A DNA stretch of 64,000 bases from positions 79,236,001 to 79,300,000 of the forward strand of contig OZ024741.1 in NCBI GenBank assembly GCA_964016885.1, given 5' to 3'. The stretch is from Eledone cirrhosa. Its lineage: Eukaryota. Numbering within the stretch: position 1 is the first letter of the stretch; each line of letters opens with the position of its first letter. The notes under the pieces were generated by a model. It saw only the letters and a program-made list of their open reading frames with translations. It ran no database searches and was not told the DNA's origin. The translations under genes and the position numbers were made by a program. Positions 13,632 through 27,230 of the stretch are shown here, piece by piece.

Positions 13632-13849
13632 TCCTTTGTCAGTGTTGAACAAATGAGCAACGACGGTTGCTAGACACTGTACGGCTTAATTCGGGATGAT
13701 TGTTTACAAACACACCGAGCATTATAATAAATGTTCGGTGAATCCATACGTACATATATATATGTGTGCATGTATGTATATATATATAGATACTACTGTA
13801 CGTCTGTATACATATATGTATGTACGTGTACATACTTATATTTATATAT

Positions 13850-13871
13850 ATATATATATATAAAAGCGAGG

Positions 13872-13953
<82 letters not shown>

Positions 13954-15849
13954 ACACCTTTGGACAGTTAAGGCTTTTACAATTCCCAACCGAATTTGAC
14001 CAAATTTTCTGTGCACGTTGCACCTATCGCTAAGATAGTCACATCACAAAAACCTTTCAAATCGACCCACGTTGAGCAATAAAAAACCGATAGCAAAATT
14101 ATTTTTTGTAAAGTGCAAATCCTTATGGGATTTTCCATGCAAATTAAAAGTTGCAATTACTTTTACATTTTTCGAGCTTTTTTTTACTAAATGTGAGGCA
14201 GACATTGCCTATGCCTATTAGCAGTTGCGTCCTCTGGAATCGCAGCAACTTTGCTCCCTGGTGGAAGGAAGGCACATTCAGTTTTTAAATTGCCCCTTGA
14301 TTTGGCAAAATTGGAAACTCCTACTTGTCATATCACCAAATACTCCGATAGGGCTCATCTGCTGCGAATGTGTCACCTTATTGTTTGGGATGAGTGTACA
14401 ATGGCGCACAAAGGTGCTCTTGAGGCACTAGACAGGTCTTTGCAAAATATACGGATTGCAGTGATGTTATGGGGGGTGTCACCCTTCTGCTATCAGGAGA
14501 CTTCAGACAGACTCTTCCTATAATGCCGAAAGGAACAAGAGCAGATGCGGTAAATGCATGTCTTAAGTCTTCACCATTGTGGCGACAAGTGACATCATTA
14601 AGACTAACTACCAACATGCGTGCAAGATTACATGGAGACCCTCTGTCATCAACATAGAAGATGGTAACCTACCCCGGATACAGATGGACACATAGCAATT
14701 GATCACATCTGCAATGTAGTTGAAACTGTCGATGATCTCAAGGCGAGTGTATTCCCGAACTTGCGTGATAACTATACGAATCTTGATTGGCTATGCGAAA
14801 GAGCCATTCTTGCACCCCAAAATATCACGGTTGGCTGTATTAATGATCAGCTTCTTCAGCTTCTTCCTGGATGTCCACGTATATATAAATCTATTGATAC
14901 TGTATGTGATCCACAGGATGCGGTCAATTATCCAGTTTAATTTCTAAATGTTTTAAATCCTCCCGGTTGACCTCCTAATACATTGGTTCTGAAAGAGGGA
15001 ACGCCAGTTATTTTGCTGAGAAATATCACTCCTCCAAAACTATGCAATGGTACACGCCTTGTAGTTAAAAAACTGTCTCCACTTAGTATTGACGCTACCA
15101 TTCTATCCGGATGTGGAAAAAGCGAGGATGTGATAATAACAAAAATTAGCCTGACTACATCAGGCATGGATACTCCCTTCTCCTTTCGCCGAACCCAATT
15201 TCCCCTTCGTGTTGCCTTTGCGATGTTCATAAACAAGTCGCAAGGAATTCACTTGGATGAAACTTGCTTTTCGCACGGACAATTCTACGTTGCCTGCTCA
15301 CGAGTTGGCAGTAGAGATAATCTCTGCGTTTGTTCCGAAAAGAAAAACAAAGAATATCGTCTATCCTGAAGTGGTTTAGTGTTAACAAAAACACTTATTA
15401 CAGCTCTGCCTTGACTTCACCTTACTCATTACAAAACATACCAATGTCATGTAGGATATTTTGGATTATAAGTTTAAAATTTAACCATACACAGCAAAGG
15501 ATGCTCTTAAAGAATACATTTTTACTTATTCTACCCTCATTGTTTATTTTTTGTTTGTATACAACTCTGCTTTCATTACAACTTTTCATTACAACTGCCT
15601 GTTTTTTTACAGATTTGCAACGTGTGTTGTCTTTAATCATTTGTATAACTATATCCTGTTCAGTGTTTCCCTTCATTATCAGCATAGTTTTATGTGTACA
15701 AAGATTGCACTAAATATTCGTTTGCATTCATTATTGAAGACTTCTGCTTATTTTGACAGGTTGGGGACAAATAATTTTCTTCTTTTACTTCCTAGCTGTA
15801 TATTCTTAGCATAATTTCAAACCCCGGGCAACGCCGGGTAAATCTGCTA

Positions 15850-15850
<1 letters not shown>
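13850..15850 (+). mobile_element. Non-autonomous Helitron with decayed Pif1-type helicase
   Basis: Helicase motifs LPGGRKAHSVFKLPL, LIVWDECTM, GGVTLLLSGDFRQTLP, LLRNITPPKLCNGTRL, QFPLRVAFAMFINKSQG and FSHGQFYVACSRV. 3' hairpin cccgg-gcaacg-ccggg followed by CTAG at 15847-15850. The 5' boundary is approximate. Confidence 0.92.
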
Positions 15851-15915
<65 letters not shown>

Positions 15916-16016
15916 ATGAATGTATGTATAGTATATTTGGCAATATACCGTAGGTCTGCCATATTCTTTGCATCTTTAATATATATATATTATATATCGA
16001 AATAAGATAAATATAT

Positions 16017-16520
16017 ATGGAGGCAGAGATTGATTACGCCCAACACATTACACCGATCAGTGAACAGTACATCGACATCACACTCCATGCCAGAAAGACG
16101 GTCCTGCTCTACGAAAATTTCACCTTCAGCATGGGAGTAACAAACTTGGCGAAGGTTACAAACCTGATACGCCTGTACATACTTCAGAAACTGATAGAAC
16201 TGTTCCTGCTCTCAGGAGGTTTATACCGAGACGACGGGCTCGTAGCCCCTCACCATATATAACCTCAGCAGTACGGACCGAGTACGCAAACATCTGATCT
16301 GATTCTTCCAGGAATTAGGATTCTAAATTACCATACAAACGTCCCTCACCTCTATCAATTTCTTGGACGTAACCCTAAACCTAGAGAAGCAACTGCACTA
16401 CTCCTTCCGGAACCCAAGTGAAACCATACATTAAATGAACCGGGAATCTTACCACCCGAAGGCAATCCCCCAAAATTTGGTTAAGAACATCTCTCTCCGC
16501 ATTTCACGCCCGTCTACCAT
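16017..16520 (+). mobile_element. Penelope-like RT fragment (GLYRDDGL type)
   Basis: FSMGVTNLAKVTNLIRLYIL, GGLYRDDGL, INFLDVTLNL. Confidence 0.8.
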
Positions 16521-16559
16521 ATTCTTTGCATCTTTAATTGTAGAATCAACATCATTTTC

Positions 16560-17915
16560 AAAACGTATTCCAATTCTACCTCGTTTTCTACTATGATTGA
16601 ATGTAACCTCTTCTTTCTTTCATGATTTGCAACCATTTTCAGCATCCAGTCATCTACATTTTTCCGCAACTAAACATAGTTTTAAGGTATTGTTCGCGTC
16701 CGATGGTTGATATTTTACATCACAGCTGAAGCTGAATCATTACTCTACCTCCGCTCTGTCTAGGGATATATAAGCGATCAACATCTGCTTTTAGGAGATG
16801 TAGTTTATTACAGATCAGAAGTTTCCTGATTTTGGTGTTCATTTTCGATTTCATTAATGTTCCAATTTATTGAAACTAGTGATGACAACTGAGACTGCAA
16901 GCACATTTATGGCAGATATTTTATTCTTGAGTTGAGCTCAGTTTTCAAGACAGCACATACTCTCCGGTAGCATTGCTTCATGATTCTCTCTTTCATGTTG
17001 GTGGGGTGAATTCCTTAGTCGTTATTGATCCCTAGGTTTTTACTTGTAGTTCCTTAACTATTGTATTCACATCTACTTCGATTGAGTTTGTGCTTGTCAT
17101 TCTGCTTTCCTTGAATGTTGCTTTGGCGTATTTTTCCAATCCAAACTCAATACTTTCATCATCGCTGAACACATTAACGGTCTTCAGCAATCCTTCCAAT
17201 TTACTGTCATCCATACAAAACAAATGATTTATGGTTTTGCTGTCTATTTTGTAGCCCTATTTTCTTTTGTTGACCACTAAAGACTGGTATGAGTGCAATG
17301 TAAAATATCAGAGGAGAAAACGAACCACGCTTAAAATACCAAAGTTAGTACTTATGCTGCTGGAATGTATAGTTCCATCTCTGTGTAACATAGACACATT
17401 TATATTCCATACAGACATGTTGTATTTCAGGAAGTTTAATATTACTGGGGAAATTTTCAGAACATCCAAAGTTTTCAAAACCCATGAGTGAGGAAGAGTC
17501 AAAATAATTATCATACCATAAATTTTAAAGTTGTCTCAGTCAAGATTGAGATGAGAATTTTGTATGATATGGGAGGCAAGTGTTAGGGCGATAATTTTGG
17601 GGAATATTTGTTTCTGTTGATTTTGGCAACAGACATGTTTATACCCTGTGCAAACTAATCAGGAGTTTTCTCAGAGTTGTGTATAATTTCGTTATAATAT
17701 CTTACCAACGTATCATGAGTAGCTGCTAGAGAAGGTAACCAGAAGTTTGGCATTTTATCAACGCCAGGGAATTTCCATTTGTTGGTTTTCTTTAGTGCCA
17801 ACTCCATTTCTTTCATAGTTGTGTCTTGCCAAGTCTAACTTTCGAAATTATTGTGTTTCTTCAGTGTTCTTTTATCCATTCTACATTTGCATTATGAGAC
17901 TTATATGTACTCCAT
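16560..17915 (-). mobile_element. Second, older R4/Dong-like RT remnant
   Basis: WKFPGVDKMPNFWL, LPHSWVLKTL, MDD.KL...VFSDD.SIEFGLEK.AKATFK, INKLEH motifs. Confidence 0.75.
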
Positions 17916-17929
17916 ACTGTTCTCCCAAA

Positions 17930-18150
17930 TAATTGTTTCTTATATAGGCACAAGGCTAGCAATTTTGGCGGAGGGGAAAGTCGATTAAATCGACCCCAGT
18001 GCGTGACTGGTACTTTATTTTATCGACCCCGTAAGGATGAAAGATAAAGTTAACCTCGGCGGGATTTGAACTCAGATTATAAAGGACCGTAACTCTATGC
18101 TGCAAAGCATGGCGTCCGGCCCTCTACCGACACTGCCAATCCACCGCCCT
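17930..18150 (-). mobile_element. Full-length tRNA/Nin SINE (long subfamily) with TSD
   Basis: Complete head to tail; tactgttctcc(c/a)aaataat duplicated on both sides. Confidence 0.9.
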
Positions 18151-18185
18151 ACTGTTCTCCAAAATAATAATAACAATAGTACTGG

Positions 18186-18361
18186 ATTCTGATTTAGGCA
18201 CAAAGCCAGCAGTTTTGAGGGAGGGGAACAGTTTTATTAAATCAATCCCCAGTGCGTGACTGGTACTTTATTTTATGGACCCCGTAAGGATGAAAGGCAA
18301 AACTAACTTCGTCGGGATTTGAATTCAAAACGTGAAGGGCCGTAACTCTATGTCATGAAGC
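18186..18361 (-). mobile_element. tRNA/Nin SINE, 5'-truncated
   Basis: Matches the SINE consensus seen in this window; fused to a Tx1 3' fragment. Confidence 0.85.
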
Positions 18362-18565
18362 AGGGCTTACATAAAGAAAAACATTCAGGAAGGTACAGAC
18401 AGAACAGGACGGGAAAAGTGTAGGTTTTTAGCTTGTAAAGAGTTCATATAACGAGATATAACATTCAAAGAGAAATCCCACAAAAAGGCACTTCACCCTG
18501 ACCACCAGGGTAAGTGCCCTCTCCCAGTTCTCCACCTCCAATCTATACTCACTTGGGCCATGCTT
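18362..18565 (-). mobile_element. 3' end fragment of the Tx1-type LINE family
   Basis: Reverse complement gcaagcatggccc...ggtggagaactgggagagggcacttaccctggt...tttatgtaagccc matches 49243-49517. Confidence 0.8.
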
Positions 18566-18700
18566 GCCGAGGTTAGCTTTGCCTTTCATCTTTACGGGGT
18601 CGATAAAATAAAGTACCAGTCACGCACTGGGTCAATTTAATCGACTCTCTTCTCATTCCCCCAAATTACTGGCTTTGAGCCTAAATCAGAAACCATTATT
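18565..18700 (+). mobile_element. tRNA/Nin SINE, 5'-truncated
   Basis: gccgaggttagctttgcctttcatc...cctaaatcagaaaccattatt. Confidence 0.85.
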
Positions 18701-19681
18701 GTTGTTTTTTTTGTTTGTTTGTTTTAGTTCATTCTATCATTATTATCATCATATATCTGTTTTCATTTTTTCTACGTCTTTTTTAAATTTACATTATATC
18801 TTTTTTTTATAATTTTAGATACAACAGAAATTTCGCAATGATAGGAATTATGCAACAACCTACTACTTTAGCTAATTATGCTAATTATGACAACTTCTTC
18901 AGCAATTTTCTTATCGCTTGTTCTATTTTTGCCATGCAATTTGATTTGTAGAAAGCTTCGATTTTAAAATTTTCCGAACCATTTTTTACTGCCTATAAAT
19001 CCAGATTGTAGTTGATTTGTTATGTCGATTTAAAAAAATATTTTTACTACTTTTTCTCGTGTAACAAAACTGTCTATAGACAATCTCATTGTGTGTTTTT
19101 CTTTTATTTAACATGGTGGAGTTTTCTATGATATTACTCCGTATGTGTGTTGTGTAATTTCAACATATTGGAGATCCTGTGATTATAATAGCTCTGAGGT
19201 TTCTTGTTCAAACAGTTGCTTTGTTTATATTCGACTGCTTCACAATTTTCCTCGAACCCTTTCCATTTGAAGATCATTTAATACTATAATTTTCATTTAG
19301 AAAATGAATCGAATTTCTTGTTCGTTTATATTATTCAGTCTCGATTTTTTTTTAAAACAAAATAATTTAAGAAAACAACACTAATGTATAGAGATTCAAT
19401 AACCATGAAATGTCTCGTTTAACAGATTATATATACAATAGAAGCTCACCTATATAATATTGGGTGCGATGACATTGATTATGAATATAAACAATATGGC
19501 TGAAACAAAGTACCTCAGCAGGGCATTTTGCATAGTGAATACAAATACGGCAGATGGGTGGCGTTTTTATTTTTGTTTGGATAAAACAATTAATAGAAGA
19601 CTTGCAATTCTCTATGTGGCAAATATGTGACCCTGAAGTATGTGTATTTTGTATAAAGAAGAATCTTCAGAGGTGTAAATA

Positions 19682-19835
19682 ATAATGGTTTCTAATTTAG
19701 GCACAAGGCCAGCAAGTTGGGGGAAGGGAAAGTCGATTATACTAACCCCAGTTCTTTATTAGTCTTTTAATTTTACGTCTCTGAAAGGGTGAAAAGCAAA
19801 GTTGACCTTGGTGGGATTTGAACACAGAACATAAG
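19682..19835 (-). mobile_element. Diverged tRNA/Nin SINE
   Basis: Matches the SINE consensus; agaggtgtaaataataat duplicated on both sides. Confidence 0.75.
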
Positions 19836-22727
19836 AGGTGTAAATAATAATAATAAACGCAGCAGAAAGAAATATATTAAAATATATTTAAAGTTTAGAA
19901 TTTAAACAAGAATACATATATTTAGATAAAAAATTTAAATGGAAATGTTTTAATGATGCAATAAAATAATATGTCCAAAAAGATGATTTTATTAATTTTT
20001 TTCAAAATGATTTTTTTTTTTCGCAGACTCAAATTTGCACTACATAATCGCCGTCCATCACCCATATCGCACCAATCACTACCCAATAAAATAACACGAC
20101 TGGCATTCTATATACTCGATGCAACAGACGAAACACTAAAATAACACTAGAAACAACAAAATAAGTCCCTCGAAGGAAATCCGCAAGCAAAGCCGATTTT
20201 GTATACTTATTAAAATTATTAAAATCAATACAAACAACGTGAGGAAATAAACAGAAAAAAAAGTTAGAAAACGAAAGGAATTACTTCTTAAACTGTTCTC
20301 ATATCAACATTAATTTTTAAAGATGCAAATGAAAAAGTGACGACAGCGAAAGAGACAAATGATACAGAATTAGGAAATAACATATAAAAATGTACAAAAA
20401 ATCAGAAGAGATTTTAGTTAAATCACAAAGCATACGTTGTTATGAGAAGCGATGAAATTTCTATGAACAAAACAGTTTGACTCAAACTCTACCAATAATA
20501 ATAAAATATAGAAAAAAGAAAAGAATTTTACAAAGAACTAAATAAAACCGTAGTAACTAACCATCAACAAAAATAAAATCAATTGTTGATGCTGGTGTTG
20601 TTTAGCTCTGGTTTGCTCTAATCGAAAACGGTTGTTCTTTTATGCCATGGACTAGATAACTTTCTTTTCTTCAGGCACATTGCACTAAAAGATCACATTA
20701 TTCAATGTGCTAGTCTTCAATTAGCGTGTAAGGGGCTGAATATTCCACCATCACATGTATCCTGAACAGATTCCTCAAGCAGAGTTAGTGTGTGACGAGG
20801 CGGACATTTGAAATACTGGCGCAGTCCATCTGACGGGCTTCTGCACACAAAGCTTGGTTCAGTCCGAGATGTCACACAGAGAGATCGAAACTGGGACAGT
20901 AATATTGCAATGTGAATTTCTTAAACATTCGGTTATGCTGTCCCCACAAAGTAAATCAACTCGAAAATAGCCAGAGACGATGAAGTTAAAAAATTGGCTA
21001 AATTAGCTAATATGTAGTCAGATTACTTTCCAAATTATTCTAAGATTGATAAGCCAACTCACGATACATGTTTGTGCAATTTCTACAAGTAATTATCAAC
21101 TACAATGTCGAAATTAATGTTTTCAAGTGTCAATTCTGAGTTTTGCAATTCTTTGTCTGGTTTATATTGTCAGTCGTAACGGCACCAAACTAGATCCTAA
21201 TCGAATGTCAACTTAAATAAATTTACCATCCCCTATTGACTTCGGTAGATTAAATTTCATGCTTGGTGCTATACACAGCTATTTCCAATTCATTACAAAT
21301 TTCGCTGCAGCAGCTAACTTTCCCTTCAAATTTGAATCTAAATCAAAGTTCATGGGAACTAGTATACGCGAGAACGTCGAGCTTTACTGAATTTCATTTT
21401 AAATGATATTGTTCTCTGAACATATTCACTACAAAAGAAATCTGCATTGATTATTAATGCTTCGCTTCTTAGACTTGGTTTAGTACTAGAACAAGATAGT
21501 CGTCCTGTTCTCCTGTAGATCTCGAGACGTCTGTTTAATGCAGAATAAACTTATTCACACACAGCTATTCGTTGGGCTATTAAACGTTTGCACAAGTACA
21601 TATTCAACGGACATTTCACTGCTGTGGCAGGTCATAAACTATTAATTCGTTTATAGTCCTGACAAATCCCTTTCAAAACATTCTAGTGTAATGGTTCAAC
21701 GTTGAAGTGTTGAAGTTCATGGCTATATTTATGGCGTTGAACATTATAAAGGTAAGAGTATACCACATGTCGATTTTTCCTTCTCGTTCTAACACGAAGC
21801 CTCCCGATTCAACGAACTATTGGCTGCTTATTTAATTTCTACTTGTTAGTAGAAGTGGGTTTAATACACGATACTCGATCTTATTTCGCAGACATCATTC
21901 GATGCTTCAGATGTGATTTGCAGAGGTTGTCGAAACATAAATTACCTAAATACTTCTCTATACATGACGGTTATCCCAGATGGTGTTCTATGTTACCATG
22001 ATAACACTATTGTCTCCAGACACTACAGAACAACGTTATCGGCATTGAAAAGATGAAGTTGTTAGTTTACTTATCTGTATCTGTCTGGTAGCCTGAGCTC
22101 AATGCTGATTAAAATTATTTCGCCTAAAATTATGCACTGTGTGCTCATAACAACCTCTTTTACTACTACTTCAACAGTCAACACTCCTCAGAGCTGGTTT
22201 GTCATATATCATCCTTATACAAGCACCCCGACTCACTCATCTCTCCTTCTCACCTTTATTGTCTCCAAATCTTCGCACTAACCAATACGCACCATCCAAT
22301 CCAAAAGGAGTGAACCTGCAACAATTTAAACAGAATATCAATGGTATCATTCTCTCTGGTATCGGAGAGGGTCAATGAAGACCATAGGCGCTGCCGCAGT
22401 CATACCAAATACCGAGTGGCTTTTCTTTTCTGGGTGCGGTCTAGGATGTTAGTATGATCAACAAAAGCATCGTCCCAGATGTGACAGAAATACTCCGTTG
22501 TGGCTTTCATCTAAGTTTTGTAGAGGTATAGTAATTGTTGGGAGCTGGAGTATTTTCTGACCACCAAAAGAAGTGCCAGTCTTTGAAATGGATACGTAGC
22601 TATGTAAAAGATGTGAGTTCGTCAGCTAGTCTTGTAGAACTTTTACTCTTTCCCCTTTTCTTTTTTCTTTTCACTACCTCGTGTAATATAGCATACAGCT
22701 TAGATTATCTTCCTACCTTTAACGCTC

Positions 22728-22828
<101 letters not shown>

Positions 22829-23162
22829 TGTATTTAAAATGTCACGCGCTGCGACCATTTTAAACGTTAACTGCAAATGATTGCTTTTCCTTGGAGGCTA
22901 CGAGAACCTTTTCCGCTTGTCTGCTAGGCTACCAAATTATATAAACTAGCAAAAATTCTAAAACCTTTATTGGTGCATTTTCTTGTTGAACCTTTGTCAG
23001 TAGCTGTCCTGCCATTCATAGATATATTTTTATATGCATGACACCACAAATTTATTAAATCTGATATCAAAATGATATTATATATTGTGACATTACCTAT
23101 TGAGACTAAAGCCAATTTTCTTGTATGATTTTAAATAACACCAACAGTGTCTATTATATATA

Positions 23163-23250
23163 TAGATGGGTATATTTTAAAGAGGTGTATGTATATGTGC
23201 CTTTTCTCAAAGGCACATATACATACACCTCTTTAAAATATACCCATCTA
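23163..23250. repeat. Perfect 42-bp-arm fold-back
   Basis: tagatgggtata...gtgccttt, loop tctc, then the exact reverse complement. Confidence 0.95.
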
Positions 23251-24191
23251 CCTTACTTTAAAGGGCATTATACACTCTATAATACTTGTTTACTCATTAC
23301 CCTCATTCTATCTTCACCTTGTAAAATCATAACATATACATTTGTTGTTTTGATGTTAGAATATTCATCCGCAATCATTATTATTTTTTCTCTCTATCAT
23401 AAATCTTTTTAATCTCAATTTCATCCTTAATTTATTATTATTTTTTTCTCCCCATCAACGAACTCATTATTAATACATATTAACTCTTTATTCGCATATA
23501 TTATCAATTCCTTCAATATACAAACTTTAACTTCACATTATTTTTCTCAAATCCTTCTACACACAAACCTTAATAATTTTTCTCTTCGTTAATTTTGAAA
23601 TTGCCACAATACATACATTTCTTTTTTTGACGTTAGAATATTCATCCACAATTATTATTTTTTTCTCTCTATCTTCATACATAAATTCCCTTCGTTAATT
23701 TTCAAATTCCTTTAATTTATACATTATCTTCCAACGGTTCCCAACCTCTCTATGTTAAAACAATATATCGTTTTCTCAGTTATAAAAATTATCTCTTTCT
23801 CTCTATCACCCATCTCTCCCTCTCCACCTTCACTCTCATCTCCTCCCCCTCTTTTTCATCCTTTCCACCCCCCTCCCTAAATAAAATATTTTTTCCTCAC
23901 ACATATCCTCCCTTAGTTAATTTTCAAAATGTTTAATTTATACATTATCTTCCAACGGTTTTCAACCTCTATGTAAAACAATATATCTCCTCTCAGTTAT
24001 AAAAACTATCTCTTTCTCTCTATCACCCATCTCTCCCTCTCATCTCCTTCCCTTTTCATCCTTCCCCCCCCCCTCTCTAAATAAAATATTTTTCCCAATA
24101 TCACACATCAATCTAAAACCACTTTTCATATGTTGATTTAAAACTGCACTATCCACAAGTGTTTTTTTAGACTTCATATCATGTTCTCCTG

Positions 24192-24258
24192 TTTTATCTG
24201 ATGAAAACACAAATATTATTGCATGATGATGTTTGTTTTTGAAATGCGCATAATAAAA
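24192..24258 (+). ncRNA. Type I hammerhead ribozyme motif at the end of a PLE-type 3' region
   Basis: ttttat CTGATGA ...acaaatatta/tgatgtttgt... GAAA tgcgca TA ataaaa. Homologue at 61199-61267. Confidence 0.8.
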
Positions 24259-24381
24259 TACATGGAACTCCTTTAACCATCTTTTGATCTTATATTATGC
24301 ATACTCCAGTCCTACAAACTGTAGAGTGCTTCTTATCCGATATCTGCATTGCTTTATTGTACTACAATAAAACTCACCTCC

Positions 24382-24439
<58 letters not shown>

Positions 24440-24489
24440 GGAAACATTTGAACAGGAACAAAACAGAGAGGCAGTACGAACAAAGGTTT

Positions 24490-25180
24490 ATTAATTTCAC
24501 GCTCTGGAGAGTGGGGTGGTGGTGGGTAACGACGTTTCGGACATAAGCCCTTCCTCAGGTGAGAAGTGTGTGGGAACAGAGTTCAAAGGGTGTGTAGGGG
24601 AGTGGTGGAGAGACATATAGCGAAAGGAAACGGTGCGAATGAAATTAAAAATAAAAATAAAAATAAAGCATGATCGAAATACAAGGAATGAAATAAAATT
24701 AAATATAAAAGCATGATCAAAATAAACTGAAATTAAAAAGGGGTAAAACAGGTGATGGAAGGGTGTGGGGTGTGTAGGGGTGGTGGCGGGTGGAGTGGGG
24801 AGAGGAGACGGGGTGTCCGAGCGGGGAGGGCTGAAGGTGGTGTGTGTGTGTAAGTGTACGTGTGTGTGTGTGTGTGTGTGTATATGAAAGTAAGGGTTGG
24901 GGGAAGAACGGGGTTGCATGTTCAGGAAGAGGTGTGTGTGTGTGTGGTGGGGGGTTGTAGGTCGGAGTGTCTGTGCGTGTGTGGATAGAGGGGTGGGGGG
25001 AGAGGAATCAGGAGGCTGAGGGTGTAAATATGTGGTGGAAAGCACGTGTGTGTGGGGTTTAAGCGTGTTGTGGGTGTAGGTGGCGTGTGGGAGAAAGAAA
25101 TGTTTTGGGTGTGTGTGTGGGTGAGTTATATAGATGATTCCGTAAGAGGATGGTTGAAATGTTGGTAAATTCCTATGATG
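24490..25180 (-). mobile_element. Solo pseudo-LTR related to the Neptune-like PLE at 55.7-60.3 kb
   Basis: Reverse complement resembles 59700-60270, including aagggcttatgtccgaaacg and agagcgtgaa...aataaacc. Confidence 0.8.
24527..24562 (-). ncRNA. Minimal hammerhead motif in pLTR
   Basis: tcac CTGAGGA a-gggc-ttat-gtcc GAAA cg TC gtta; stem I has one mismatch. Confidence 0.7.
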
Positions 25181-25225
<45 letters not shown>

Positions 25226-25229
25226 TTAA

Positions 25230-25265
<36 letters not shown>

Positions 25266-25274
25266 TTATATATA

Positions 25275-25309
<35 letters not shown>

Positions 25310-25311
<2 letters not shown>

Positions 25312-27230
25312 TTAAAGAAAGAAGAATAACATGGTTGGCTGTACAATAACGGCTTTATTTAAAGTACTGACAGTTGTTTCGTAGATATTTTTAACGGAAA
25401 CGCAAACTATTATAACATAGCTTTACATAAGGCTGGACATAAGGAGAAGCTGCAATACATACTAGATAGAGACAACAACAACAAACCTAATGACATCAAC
25501 ACTACCCGCTCATACAGAAATAACAAGCATAGGACTAAGCATAGAATTGGACAACGAGCACCAAAAATAACCGAACAGAACACATATTAGGACCCCAAAA
25601 ACTATAGAAGATCCAAAGAAAGAAAGTACCTATGGTTTAATCCAATATTCAACTCCTCTATAAAAACTAAACTACCCTCTACATTCTTTAAACTAATAGA
25701 TAAGCACTTCCCTACACTACACAAATACCATAAAATCTTCAATAGAAAAACTATAAAACTTTCATACTCTACTGCAGCCAACATAGAATCGCACATACGT
25801 AATATCAACCACAAAAATATCTCTAAAGAAATTAACCTACCAACGCGCACCATAGCACCAAATACAAAACACAAACACATAACAACATCACAACCACAAA
25901 CGCATCAGAACGCATCACAACAAAACATTAACAGGCCTAAATCACAACCAACCCACAACAACTTACAAAACCGCAACGACGAACCTGCACAAAATAAAAC
26001 CTCAAATTGTAATTGCCACCTACCAGATAAGTGCCCACTACGGAATAGATGGCTGGATTCGAGTATGGTATACCTGTTTACTGTGAGTTCAGGTAACTCT
26101 ACCTGGCACTACATAGGTTCCACAGCTGGGGAGTTTAAGAAAAGGTGGTACGTCCACAGACACTCCATGAAGAACTGTGCACTGGAGAACTCTACAACGC
26201 TCGCCAATAAAATCTGGCAGCTTAAGGACAAAATCCTAGAATATAAGATTAGTTGGTCGAAATTATCGGTTACAAAAGCCTACAGCACCGGTATGTCCCA
26301 CTGCGGGCTTTGTAATTTAGAACTACTACATATTTTGAGGTACGATAGGATGCTGCTTAACAGCAAAATAGAAAGATCTATTTCTGTAGGCAGAAAATAG
26401 CTACTAGATTTACGAACTTCAAACCACCATGATTTGAACCAGCAATTCCAAAATTAGTACTGAACCACCTAGATTTTTAACATATAGAATACTCACCATC
26501 GCACCGCTATTAGCTATCAAACTGCCAACTGGTCACTGGATCATAAATCTCTATACACTTCTTCCACTCTTTCTCCATCAACTCCATTAAGATGGAACAA
26601 TCAGCAAAACATTTACAACAAGCGTTTATCAAACGTCCCGTCATCCCTACCCATAAATATGATACATGTATACATCAATTAATCTCTAATTTATTGTCTT
26701 TTCTTTTATCGGACCCTCTACACGTATTTATCTACATCTCAAATCTGGTTTCTCGTGTTAGCACCAACGAATCCTTATCAGAACACTTACTAAAAAAATA
26801 ATAATATCTACTTGCACTCTCTCACTTATTTATTTCTTCATATTTTCAATTTCCTCATTTTCTTATTATTTTTTAATGTACCCTATCTTATATTTTACTT
26901 TTTACTTGTTACATCTGTAACTTTTCTATCTATTAACCATACATGTTTTATTATTGATGTTATTGTTTTAATTATGCGCTATTTTATTGTTGATGTTATT
27001 GTTTTGGTTTTACGCTATTTTTTCTATATAAGTCTTGCCTCGAGTGAATTACTTTCATATCTACATACTCTGATGTGTTGACCAGTGGTAAACAATGTAT
27101 TGGAGATCGATTGACGCAACCTCAAGTGATTAGCAAACTCTAGACACACCTGATCAACGAAACAATTGTCAGTACTTTAAATAAAGCCCTTATTGTACAG
27201 CCAGCCATGTTACTCTTCTTTCTTTAACTA
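25310..27230 (+). mobile_element. 5'-truncated Penelope-like element (GIY-YIG) with inverted terminal repeat
   Basis: YLWFNPIFNSSIKTKL...LIDKHFP...KIFNRKTIKLSYS, CNC...CPL, YIGSTAGEFKKRWYVHRHS, CGLCNLE. 25310-25382 is the inverse of 27157-27228. Confidence 0.9.
27066..27174 (+). ncRNA. Hammerhead-like motif with long stem II and A9U change
   Basis: tact CTGATGT gttgaccag...ctgatcaac GAAA caattg TC agta. Confidence 0.65.

Larger units (their letters stand above)
12795..13845. mobile_element. Hammerhead-bearing non-coding repeat (~420 nt unit): about 1.5 minus copies plus 1 inverted plus copy
   Basis: Direct repeat period 414 bp (12801/13215). Inversion point near 13400. Plus copy is terminally redundant (tacatacttatattta at 13399 and 13829). 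Confidence 0.85.

Noticed and set aside
20010-20145. Possible host terminal exon after tttttttcgcag
   Set aside because: Short frames with no recognisable protein and no linked exons.
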